64,000 bases of DNA, from NCBI GenBank assembly GCA_964187785.1, contig OZ076409.1:81594001-81658000 (forward strand), written 5' to 3'. The DNA is from Amphiscolops sp. MND2022. Its lineage: Eukaryota. Below, piece by piece: positions 37,701 through 49,651 of the stretch. The notes beneath the pieces are model-generated. The model had not been told where the DNA came from. It saw only the letters and a program-made list of their open reading frames with translations, and searched no databases. A program made the position numbers and the translations under genes. The first letter of the stretch is position 1, and each line of letters starts with the position of its first letter.

Positions 37701-40006
37701 AAGCTGTCAAGAGATTTTTTCAAACAAAAATAATACCCTCAGCCCTGTGGAACGCGTGTGATTATGTCATTCAGTTCAATTTTGTCATAACACACATCCC
37801 AGGGGCACAAAATACAGCTGCCGACTATTTGTCCCGACTGGAAGCAGACCCGAAGGACAAATTGGTGATGAAAATTCGCGAAGATGTACAAACACTACCA
37901 ATCGAAATCAATGTCCAATCCGCAGGGGTGTCACAAGAAGAACAAATCTTCTACACCAATGACGACGATGAGACAGAAGAACAGTTGTGGGCAAGAAAAG
38001 AAGCAATCAGGAAAAATCCAGCAACTGATGAGCCCACTGAGGCTATACAAACTCTGTCAACAAATCTGGTCAAGCAACACCCCGATATACAGGTCCGGTT
38101 GAAGAGAACGAACCAGATCATTATCGAGCAATCCAAAGATGCGGTACTACAACAATTGAAAGCAAAACTGCTTCATGAAGAGTATTCAGAAAATCTACTG
38201 CACAAGGATGCCCGATATAGACATTACGCAAACAATCTGGAACGAATTGTACTAAAGGACGAAATCCCGACAAGGCAATATTTCGATGAAACAGGGAATG
38301 TTAAATACCATCAAATTTTACTCCCGCAACATTTACTTCAGGAACTGCTTAAGTCTCTCCACGGGACAGCACATAAACATCCTGGGATTTCAAAAATGTT
38401 ACAGGAAATCCGACAGAGGTATTACTACCCTAGCATGGCTAAACACGTCAAAAAGTGGGTAGAAGGGTGCGAACAATGTGCCAGAGACAAAAGAGTCCCT
38501 AACGCAACGATCACACCTGAGCTGCTCAACTTGCCCGAATGGGACCTTGGACCTGAAGACTTCATGCAAATCGACCTATTGCCGAATCTTCCCCCAAGTG
38601 GAGGGTATGAAAATGTCCTAACAGCAATCGACGTATTTTCCAGATATTTGTTCGCATATCCTCTTACGGACTCATCAGCGATCAATGTAGCAAAAGCGAT
38701 CATTGACATCATGACCAAACATGCATATCTGCCAACAACTCTTATTACTGACAAAGGTACAGCATTTACTTCTACAATTATTGCGGAGGTTACGCAGATT
38801 TTGGGTATCACACTCAATTGTGCAACAACAAAACACCCGCAGACAATTGGGAAATTGGAGCGTACTCATGCCTCATTGAAAACAAATCTCAAAATAGCAT
38901 GTGGAGAATATCGCCGACAATGGCACAAATACTTGCCATTAGCAGTACTGAATCATAATACTAGTTATCACGCCAGCGTCGGTTGTGAGCCAACGAGAGT
39001 ATTCCACGGAAGAATTCCATTTAATATTTTGGATCACAAGCTTGGAAATAATCCAAACCAGCAGATTAACCCCACAACCGAATTTGCTGAAGAAATCCAA
39101 AACCGGACAAAAATCCTGATTGACAAAACGAAACAGAACATTATGCAGTCGTAGATTAAGTACAAAGAATATTACGACCGCAAAGCAAAAGCCGCTCCAC
39201 TAAAGGAGAACGAATACTGTTTTGTCTTACAGCCGAAAGCGGATAATCAAGGATCAAAAATTCCATTCCGCGATTACCGTTGGGTTGGACCATTTGTAGT
39301 CCAAAAAGTTTTGCCAAATGAAAACTATATAGTACGATGGATCAATACGAACAAAACTCAAATTTTGCATCGCATTCGTCTTAAGAAGTTTGTCCCCAAT
39401 CAACCGCTTGAGGATAATTTCCGAGAACAACAGTTGCAGCCAGATGAAGAAATTGTCATTCCGCAAGATGATTTATACGTCATAACGTGGGAAACCGACT
39501 TTGGCGAGCAACTAGTTACACGAGGCAACGAGACTATTCCGACCAGCACGCCGAATGGCGAACAGCCGAATGCGCCAGAAGCGAATACATATGACGTAGC
39601 CGAGAACGAAGCGGATTACAAAATCACGAGTGACGAAACAAGTTACGCTGACCACGCGGCGCGGAGCCGGAATTAAAGATTAAATCATGACGTCACAAAA
39701 AGGAATGAAGCTAGTGAAGCGGCTAGCAATGACAAATCTGATTGGCCGAATCCGGCCGTTTCCCCAAAAAATCAAGAAAAAACTTTGCCGAATACGGATG
39801 AAAAACCAAAAAATGATGAAATTCCCTCAGAAAGAAATTTGACGAATGAAAACGACGCACAAAATTCTCCAAAAAGGGGGGATGATATTATCGTGCCCGA
39901 AATATCTGAAAGCGATGCTAGAAATGAGAGTCTGAGCCCTAGAGGAGGGAAATATAATCTCAGGCCTAACCCCAACCCAAACTACTCAGAAGACTACAGA
40001 TACTAG
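34769..40006 (+). pseudogene. pol: Pol of element A (protease, RT, RNase H, integrase), disrupted
   Basis: LIDTGA; RLLVDLRKIN, LDCSQAY, YVDD; TDAS; H..HPG...CEQC, IDLL, TDKG, GKLER. Frameshift at ~36145, 31-bp insertion 36916-36946, stops at 39152 and 39674. Confidence 0.93.
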
Positions 40007-40253
40007 AGAAAATTAAATTCGGTTCAGGAATTAGCCCTGAACTGTTCTGCTTTTTCTCTTTTATTTTCTTTTGTATCAGTCCCATACAGCAGTATCTTTT
40101 GAATAAATAATGGGACGTATGAAAGATCCCTCACAAAGGAAATAACCCGGGATCAAAAAATCAAAAGAAAGAAATGTATATAAATAGGGCAACAAATGAA
40201 ACAGAAAATGAACAAAGTTTACAGTCTTGGTGTACACATATACATATGTACAA

Positions 40254-43200
40254 TTAGTCTTTAGTAACGCTAGACTGAGGAGATACAGTAGCAGAAGAAG
40301 CAGAGGACCGAGACGCCCTACGTTCCATCTTCCTTCGTTTCTTACTACTAGGGGCCTTTACAGCAGGATCATCAGCGACAGAACCAGCATCCCCGGAGTC
40401 AATTTGGACAGAGATTCTCTCTGGAGTAGATGACGCAATGCGGCAGGAAGCCAACAAGGACTTGTAAATTTTTGAGCGCCCAAAGGTGTCAACATATGTC
40501 CAGGGGTCATATTCTTCAGCAAAAGCGGAACGTCCAAAGGAAGAAGATAGAAGGGAAAAGCTAGCCAGGTTGTCATCATTACTACAGAAAGGCACGGAAT
40601 CACGGACATTGGCAAGATAACTTTGGCAAGGGAGAATGACATCGGTGAAGCGATTCTGACGACCCGCAGTGGTAACTGTGCCAAACGTAACGTCAGGAAG
40701 GGCTAAACTCACAGAGGTTGCACATAGACAGCACAGCTTGAATAAGTGGAACAGGTGCGCCCGGTCCTGCAAGAACTCAAGTCCAACCAGGAACTCTATC
40801 AGATCTGAGGAGGTACTAGTCAGATCGAAATTGGGGCCATAACTAGTCCGTAAGTGGTCCAGTAGCTGCATGTACTGGTCCCGGCACAGAGACTCATTGG
40901 CACTTGGGACCCAAGAACGGAGGGCAAAGGTGTTATACAGCATGTCGAAATGCTTCAGAGCAACGTCCATCGGCCTTTTAAACATGATGAATGGGTCGAA
41001 AGCAGCCAACCCCTTTGCTATGTTGCTTGTCAGCCCAACTCGTTTCAGGACCTCATTGATGAGGAACTGCACATACTGCTGGCTGTCCTTGACGAAGGCA
41101 GTTTTTACCGTCCCTGCGGTGGCCTGTATGGCTGGACGCTCAGACTTCTTTCCAAAGTGGATGCCCTCTGCTCGAGCCCTGCTAGCTGTCCCTACGCGAT
41201 TAGACAATTTGAGCCTGACCAGGTATTCATCTTCAGCCAGGAATGTCCCTTCACTGGTCTGGAATCGGAGGAGCAAGAACCAGGCACTCTCTAAGGGAAC
41301 TGTATCTGGAGTGTAGACCCGGGAACAGAGCAGGCTGACGAATCGACTGACTTCCCCACAGAGATAGAATGAGGCGTCACGCCTATACTGCAGATTCACA
41401 GCGAAACTAGTGACATCTAGAAACACAAAATAATGCCCAAATACGAAACGTAACCTAACGCAACCTCCCCGTCGAAATATACTCACAGTCACTGACGAGC
41501 TTGCGGAAGAATTCCAGTTTGACGACAAAGAATTCGTCACAAATCAAGGACCATTCGAAGCTCTGCACCTGGAATGAAAGATCACCCTTACTACGGCGCA
41601 TAAAGTCCGAAGGACAAACAAGGACTAGGGAAACCCCTTATGAATAAGCCTGTCTAACTGGAATAATACGTATGAATCAACAGAAAACTAACCCTGTTGC
41701 GAGATCCTTGGCCTTCCTGCAGGGGAGCGTGTGCCGTCAGGTAGCGTAGCACTGACTTCAACCCATCTAACAATGCCTGGCAAAGAGTGGGCAAGGTCTT
41801 GACCTCGAGCTGACAAGTGGTGATAGCCTGTAAACCCACATGGCCAGATGAACTTTGAATATTAGATCCTGAGACTCGCTACCCCCATCCCTTTTACCAA
41901 TTAGAACCACAAAAGAAAGGAAATGTGCCATTGGATTACTTACCCTAACGAGTTCCGGATGACGCATCACCCAATCTTCGACAAGGGAATCACCCAGACT
42001 GACCATCAGGGCTCGCAACACCGAGAAGAAGTCTATGTGCCCAAACACGGAGTAGCTCGTCTTATGCATGAGTCTTGCCAGCGAAAGGTGCTCAAAACGG
42101 AAACAACTCTGGACTCCTTGGGTGAAGTACTCTGACTGGTCGATCGATTTGGCGAATTCAACTGGGCACCCTGAGCATGCGACCATATCGGGCCGTGTGG
42201 AAACTGCTGACAGGAATCGAGCTAGTGACCCCAGTTCCCCAGTCACATCAGTCGCGGGAAGAGAACTTCGGCAGACGTAGACCCTACAGAGCTCTAGCTG
42301 CTTCCAGTATTTGACTGACATGCATTGGTTGGAACCAATCGTCTCGAATTCGACTGAGAAGCACTGTTGAGTGGACACTTGCTAAGCGATGTCGTGTAGT
42401 GCACAGATGAAGAAGTGCTGGAATATGACCTGAAACGGAACCTAAACCTCAGTACAGGGTAAAGTTCGGAAGAAACATTGAGGCTTAAAAGACACTACTT
42501 ACAGTGAGGCGTTCTTCCCCCCAATCGAAATAAGTCACTGTGGCTTGATGGTTGGTGAATGACCCCATCCGTGACCATAAGTTTCTCAATACCATCATGT
42601 CTCCTTGGGTTTTCGCAAAATCTCCCACGAGACAGAGTTGAGTTTTTGCTCTGGATTCTGCTGTGACCAGTGCTGTGGTGGAGCCCTTGATGTAGTCATC
42701 ATAAAAGGGGAACCGTTCCCCGATGTCCACCAGTTCTTCATTGATGAAATGAGGGAGTGTCTTTGCCAGCTCCATTTTACTCAAGATCTTCCCATTGGCT
42801 CCTCGGACTCTATGTTGCACCTTACCCGTGACAGGATCCGTGCTTAGCAGGTGCTCATACCGCCAACGCTGGTCGCGGCGTAAATGCCGTTGGGTGCGAT
42901 GATGTCTAAGGATTTCATACGGGCCTTTCGATCTGATAGAAAAGTTCTTTTTACAAATGTGGCACCAGACCATCAAATGATTGTGGACAGGATCGGAGGT
43001 CCTGAGATGAAAGATCTGGTCCAACCTATTTTTGAGTACAACTCCTCTTTCATGGGGACTCCCCGTCTTGAGGGCCTCCGGTCATTTTTCCGTTTTTTGG
43101 GGGGCCTGGAGGTGGTCCGTGCCGTGGTCCGAGTTTGCTCTCTCAACTCCTGTAGGGTGGTGTCTTGACTGCTGAACTCTGATGTGTCCGGCTCATTCTG

Positions 43201-44493
43201 TTGCTGACCAGAAGAAGGTTGGGCTTCGGTTGAAACTTGCAGTGGGGCGGCAGGGTTTTTGAAGGACCGAGTTATTAGGTCCATCTCTGTGGCACTGTCG
43301 CTCTCCTCATAATAAGATGACTCCCCAGTGCCCTCTGAAGATGAGTCAGGTTGGCGTGTAGTAGTTGCTGTTCCTTCTCCTTCGGATTCCGTCCCACTTG
43401 AATCGCTAGAAACTCTGCGCATGGGGGTCTGACAACGACCCTTGGAAAGGAAATGAGCGGTGCGGGAAGGGGCGACGGTGGGAGAACCCCGAACAGCGTC
43501 AATAACCATTCGCTCCATGGTAGAAAATGACCGGTTGAGCGTCTCGTCAGTCAAAACCCTGAGAAGGTGCTATATTTGAGGCTCAGTGAAGGCAACGGTG
43601 GAATGCCCCACAGGAAGACGGACGGGGGCGGCTTCATCAAAATACTCCTTCAAAATTGCCCTACTTTGCCCGGAGAGGTCTGGAGGCCTACTTTGGGTAG
43701 GTTGTGCTCGGGGTGCAAGGTCCTTGCTTGTTCCAGGAATCAGCATCTCGGAACTTGTATCATCTCCGCCTTCAGTTCCCGACTCAGGGTGAAAGGGGTT
43801 AAAGCCATACAAGGCAACAGGATTCACTTGGCTGACTTCATCGGCAGTTTTCTCCTCATCACTCTGTCCCCCTAGGAAGTGGACATGAGGTGCCATTCCA
43901 GGCAGAGCGGGCACGTCACAGATTGATGAAGCATTCTCATCGTCCGTTCTGGAAGGAGCCCCGCTAATGTTGGCCATCTCAGGGTCAGTTCTGTCCCGCA
44001 ACTCTGGTAGCTGAGACTCAGATGTCACGATAATTTGGAGTGCCGACTCTAAGGCTGACAAATCAGCTTGACAGGGCTCTTCATCTTCCTCGGACATGAT
44101 GGGGGTACTTGACCTCCGGACCGCGGGGTCATCGGATGTTGCCGGAGTAGCTTCAACGGTTGGAGGAATTTCGGCGTTCGTACCAGAGGGCGAACCGCCC
44201 ACTTGTTGTGGGGCAGATTCTTGGTGTCGTTCCATCTTCTGGACCATAGCTTCGGCATATGCAGTGACGTCAGTGCTGCTGCCCTGACTGTTGATGGGAC
44301 TGTCTTTCTCAATAGTTGCTGGAGACAGGCCAGCATTGTCTACTTGAGGCCTTACAGGATCAGAAGATAAACCTTCTGGATTGGCATGGACACTGGCTTG
44401 GGACGTGGTTGGCTCGAGAGCATTCTTTTTCGGAAGATTTTCTAAACGAAAGGGAATGAAATTTAGCGGTGTACTTCCTTGATATGAATCCAT
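40254..44493 (-). pseudogene. Antisense spliced accessory gene of element A (~1,320 aa): long disordered N-terminus, BED-like zinc finger, hAT-transposase-like body. Exons 44493-42503, 42429-41693, 41568-41487, 41416-40254
   Basis: Three phase-consistent GT-AG introns (42430-42502, 41569-41692, 41417-41486). VWCHICKKNFSIRSKGPYEILRHHRTQRH finger. In-frame TAGs at 43570 and 42382; frameshifts at ~42990 and ~41845. Confidence 0.75.
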
Positions 44494-45555
44494 TTTACCG
44501 CGATTAGAAACCTTCCGGAAGTGTCTGACAAATTCGAATGAAACGTGTTATCACGTGTTTAGTGATGGAAACAGGAAGTGTATTTTGAACAAATTTGACC
44601 CTGATCTAGTTAAATGAGTTCTAAAATGAAAATCCAAACCAACCTGAGTCAGAAGACATGTCGCTGGGGGTCTGATCTGCTAAACGCTGGTCCAAGCGGG
44701 AACGATTGCTGGAAACTGGGGAAATGGCCGGGTATGGCAAGAAAGGAAGAGATTACTCCGACGAAGAAAGAAATACAGCTAAGACGGGGATAAGAATGGG
44801 GTAAATGTTGACGAAGCAAATCCAAAGTGGAAGGAACAAATGAAATATAAATAGAATTGAAATGGAATTAAAATTGGGTTAAGAATTGAAGAAATTGGAA
44901 AGTTGGAGTTCGTGGCTGAAGATTATTACCAGACTAATATTATGGATTATCTACACATTTATTCTGTACATGGAGTCTGCCAGCGAAGTGTACAAAGAAC
45001 TTTGTTATTTACAGCTTATTTAGTTAAAAGCCAGTTATGGCCGTTTGCCCTGTTTTGTTTTGTCGTTTCGTCCAGTTGCCCTAGTTACCCTTAGTTAGAA
45101 TTTTCGCCATCTTGGATTATTCAGATTTATTATTTTCGCCATTTTTATTATTTAATTTTACAATTTATCGAAGCTTAACGCTGATTGGATGAAGCCATTA
45201 CGAGAAATTTTGGTGACGCGTGCCGCTAATTGCTTACGAGCGGCCCGTTAATTACCCACTTGAGACGGGTGTAGTTGATATTCATAAGTCGAGCGTCATT
45301 CACACCTCTTCTAGTGATGACACTGATGAGGAGTAAACATCAGGTTATCAAAGGGAGTCGACTTATCAAGGATTTCCATTCAGAAAAGTTTACGACGGAT
45401 CAGGACGATTAACCTAAGGTTCTCCCGCCGAACTGGAAAGTTCGGGAAAAGGCCTGATTCGGCTAAATTCTTAAAACTGACAAATTCATTCTACTGCAAA
45501 CTTCTCTTCAATACAGTCACTACGAATAGCTTCAAAAATAGCAAGAAAGATAATC

Positions 45556-46341
45556 ATGAGCAAATACAACTTAGCTAGAAAATTGTTCGAGCTGGAGGCA
45601 TACGACTCAGATGATTCTGAAAGATCAGTATTATACATTTCCAGCAGTGAGGAAGAGTCAACCGACTGGGAAACCGACTGCTCCACAGACACGGAGCAAC
45701 TTATTGCAAGAATCGAAAGGGAAGTCACCTCCAGCCCCATGCTAATTGGGGGTCGCATAATGACTATGGAGGAACCTTCAGGAGACGAACCAGAAGCTGG
45801 CCTCAGTTCTTCCCAGATGCGAACAGATGTGACTCCGAAACTTGACCACAGATACTTTGACCAGAAGATGTGTTATGCTCCCCCAAAGAAGTTGGGAAAG
45901 TCAAGGATAGAGGTTTGCAAGACTCTATTGCCAGTGCCAGAGTCACCCATGTCACCGCCCGACCATGAGAGAGGGCCAAGTTTGGACACCCCCCTGATGC
46001 AGCCTACAATGGGTGGTTTTCACGCGTCGTTCCACGTACAGAACACAAGGCCGTACGAGGACGTGAGCAACAAACTGTATTCTGGCTGTATGGTGTGTGG
46101 CAGATCCTCAGAAGCAATAAAGAAAGAGAAAGTAGAATGGTATGTTGCAAGGTCCAAGCCACGAGGAGAGCCTGAGTACATCACGAAAATCAGAAGAGAA
46201 GCATATGAGAACGGTCTCAACGCCGGGGCATTCCTCTTCATAACACCCGCAGTGTCGCAGGCTGCCGCCTGTGACGGCACATTAATAACGACGTCAGCGG
46301 AAAACCAAGAAATTGTCCCAGGTACCCTACCCACGTTTTAA
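45556..46341 (+). CDS. Sense accessory ORF of unknown function (261 aa, acidic N-terminus, CMVC motif); last 89 nt lie inside the 3' LTR
   Basis: Intact ATG-TAA ORF. LTR A starts at 46253, within codons V-S-Q-A-A-A-C. Confidence 0.75.
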   Translation: MSKYNLARKLFELEAYDSDDSERSVLYISSSEEESTDWETDCSTDTEQLIARIEREVTSSPMLIGGRIMTMEEPSGDEPEAGLSSSQMRTDVTPKLDHRYFDQKMCYAPPKKLGKSRIEVCKTLLPVPESPMSPPDHERGPSLDTPLMQPTMGGFHASFHVQNTRPYEDVSNKLYSGCMVCGRSSEAIKKEKVEWYVARSKPRGEPEYITKIRREAYENGLNAGAFLFITPAVSQAAACDGTLITTSAENQEIVPGTLPTF

Positions 46342-47991
46342 ACTTTCCCTTATTGAAACTTATTTTACTAGTTAATCACATTCGTTTTGTTTATTCAAGT
46401 GCATTTTTATTATTGTTCGTGTTATTAGTCTGTTAAAATTACGATTTGGAACTATCCAAATCAGGTTGTGTTTTGAGATTTGTAAAAGGAAGTTTGGTGT
46501 ATTGCAAATAGAGTGTTGAAATTAATCAAAGCGGTAGCGTACAATAAGCAGGTTAATCGCGAGAAGGAAACGTGTTCAAGTAAGAAAACGTCCCTTCTCG
46601 GCGATGTAACTTTCAGTACGATTATTAGCCAATCAGAGCTTTCCTTTTGCTAATTATGAGTGCTTTATTTATGATGGCCGGATATGGCTAATTGACTAAG
46701 CGGTGCTAATTTATATCAGGCCCTCAGTCAAATGGACGGTTTCGGCCAATTCAAGCATAATAATACCTTTGTTGCCTAATTGGATCAATACTTACGCGGA
46801 GTTAATAAAATCATGTTTTTAGTTTAAATAAATACGTTTGTGATGTTTTGGTGTTTGTATACTTTTAACTTGGAAAAAGGGACAGTTAAGGCCTTTTACC
46901 ATGTCTTTCATATGCGCAGTACATGTTATGGATTTGGGCCTATTCCGGCCCTGATATGCGAGTGTATTTTCGCGAATATCGATGCAGTATTAGAATTCCA
47001 CACATAGTAATGCATTTTGTTTTCAGCTTAATTTGCAGTAAACTTGTGCCGGCACGTGCCTTCGTTTTACATTGCCATAAAATATGCAGGCTGTGGTATT
47101 TGTTTACATCACACTTGAAGTAGGCCTAACTGATAAATTGTTTGAAGTTGCTACTTAAAATGATGACTCTGAATACCATTCCTTAAATGTCCCCCGGAAA
47201 TATGTAGTTGTCGGGGATTTTCCTATGATGATTGTAAAATCCTATGATTTGTCTTGATCAAAGTATGTAAAAAATGTGTGTGTCATCCTTCAGGGGTATA
47301 AATACCCATATCCCTGCAGGAGGACTCATATTTTGTACTTCTCTCCATTTGATAAAGACGTCCATAATACAAACGGTTTCACTGTTAATTTTCCGGAATT
47401 GATAATTCAAGTCTTCAACCCGGTTCAGTCTTAATGCCTACCACAAGAAAGCAAGGAAATCTAGAGGATTGGAAATTCTCTCTGACATTGAAAACCTTGA
47501 CATAATGTTAGGTGAAAATCACTTCAATGATACGAGGAGAGACGAAAGTCTCGATGGAACTTCCATTAGAAGGCAAGAAAGTATCATAAGTAATAACTTG
47601 GAAAATGAGGAAATGGATCTCCATTCTGACCATAGAAATCTTGGAGTTGGGACTAGTACCGGGTACGACCGAAATTCAGCAAGTATAGATTCTCAAGCTG
47701 AAATCAATAAGTTGTCGAGTGAATTGAACTCTAGAATATCTAGAGAAATGGATGTAATGATGGACAGTGTTAGTTCTCAGATTCAGAGAGCCATAAGTGA
47801 CGCCATAAATAATCAGGTTTTGCCCCAGATTCAAAACGTCGTTATGGCCGGTTCAGGACAGGAGACTAGAAGGGCATGGGAGAGATCTGACGAGAGACCG
47901 GAAAGCTATTCCGAAGTTCAGTACAACGCGAAAACTAGAACTACCCTCAGTAATGAACACGGTGATAAAACAAACCGTAACGTTCATGACA
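46253..47991 (+). repeat. 3' LTR of element A (1739 bp), including a copy of the gag N-terminus
   Basis: Matches 31897-33645 except for scattered SNPs and a 10-bp deletion just after the gag ATG (47434). Confidence 0.93.
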
Positions 47992-49651
47992 AGATGTAAC
48001 TATACATTCAGACGAAGAGTCTGATATAGAAGAGAATTATCACAGTATGAATTGTTATTTGTGTCAATATTGATTTTTTTCCGAGCCACTGGCAAAAAAG
48101 TAACTGAAAAAAAGTGAAAAATTGCAAAAAAGTACATTTCAGAAAATTCGTTTTTTCTCAATAACTGAGCAACTGTTTGCTAAGTTACTGCCCCACTCTA
48201 GTAACACAGTTTGCCACCATTGAAAACGCATATAGAAGTGTTTTCCAATGAAGCTTCAGTCATGAGTTCAACCGATATTTGAAAGGCCCGGCGCAGTAAA
48301 GGGCTTTCAGGAAAAAAAACGATTGGAGCTGTGGCTATTCTTTGCGGAGAAATGAAGCTTTGAAAAAGTTTTGCCAAAATTTTGTCACTTTTTCGACTTC
48401 TCGGTGTACTGTCGAGGTTAAAAAATTCCAAAAACGAACAGAATCTATACAATTGAAATGAGAAAGAAGGCGATGTAATTTTGTTTTGATTAGCATCTCA
48501 AATTATTTTTCAAAACCAATTTGGAGACAAAAAGAGTGAGCTGAAAGGTGTTGCATTCTGGTTGTGTGTCCGAATGAGACTAACAATAACTATCGTTAAA
48601 GGTAGTTTTTCAATGGTGGTAACTTTTTTTTACAAAACCTAATTAGCCCTATCAATGAACTTCAAATCAGTCTGTCGTAGTAGTTGAAGAACCAGCTTTT
48701 TGTATAAGCTAGCGTTCATATCTCCGTTTGCAAAAATCGCGTAGAAAAAGAATGATGCTACTCATAAAATCGTCGTCTAGATAACTAGTTTTTACCTGTT
48801 TTCTTAGAACTTTCCTCTCTCAGATGGCATACATCGTTGTCTTCAACCTGTTGCCATGAAGGTCAAAATGTTAGGGAGTGGTGATGACACCCTTAGTCTG
48901 CAAACGTGTGAAAACGTACAGCGAACTGCTAAACGAAAGAATAAAACTCATGCCAGGCACTATGAGGAAAATCAAGTCAGCTAGTCTTGATTATATCTAT
49001 CCGGAGTCTATCAAATGTATTCCAGACTCTAGGAACTTAATTCATCAACATAATTCTTGAAACAGCTGGGGTCCGCGACAAATGGCTTGTTTCTGTTTAC
49101 CAGCCAGTTTTCAAAAATGGAACAGAAAACTATTGAGACATTTCGTTGTCAAGCTGCCTATACCACCAAACTTGCCTTTGCAAACTACATGAAAACTTCT
49201 GAGCTCAATAAAGACATGGGCAGACACTGTGAATACTTTCGTAACAAATCTTGGCAAACAGAGGCGCTCACAATGCTCATATGTGGATGCTATTGGATGA
49301 ACAAACAAAAGATAGAACTAGAAACGTATATCACAAAACTGCTTCAAAAGAAAAGATAAGGCTGACCCAATTCAGGTTTGCACGAATAACTTTATCTACA
49401 GTGAAAGACAATATTGTACGGAATGGAAACAGTCAACTTTTTTTGTTTTGCCGTGAAAGATGTAATCAAAGTTGATTACTGAGACGCAGACCAAACTGAG
49501 ACGCAAGTTTTGTCGAAACTACTACGACTTCTATGCCAACGTGGCATGAGTTTTTGTTGTTGAGCATTTGAGCATGATTGAACATATAAACATTGAATCG
49601 AAACTCAGAACTTGATGGGACCTCCAGTTATCAATTTCGCTGAGGAACGTC

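Larger units (their letters stand above)
31897..47991 (+). mobile_element. Full-length Ty3/Gypsy LTR retrotransposon A (16.1 kb) with accessory genes
   Basis: Near-identical LTRs with TGTC...GACA ends, PBS, gag and PR-RT-RH-IN order. Flanks AGATT/AGATG (5-bp TSD, one mismatch). Confidence 0.95.
30421..48044 (+). mobile_element. Solo LTR C (~1.5 kb: 30421-31896 plus 47997-48044), split by element A; contains a gag N-terminus (ATG 31380)
   Basis: Ends TGTCTC...ATCACA with perfect 5-bp TSD GTATG (30416-30420 / 48045-48049). The gag-like frame ...FRSVFDVD resumes after element A as VTIHSDEESDIEENYH. Confidence 0.85.

Noticed and set aside
40254..46341. env gene of an errantivirus-like element
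   Set aside because: The large gene is antisense, and neither accessory product shows a signal peptide, furin/fusion peptide arrangement or C-terminal TM anchor.
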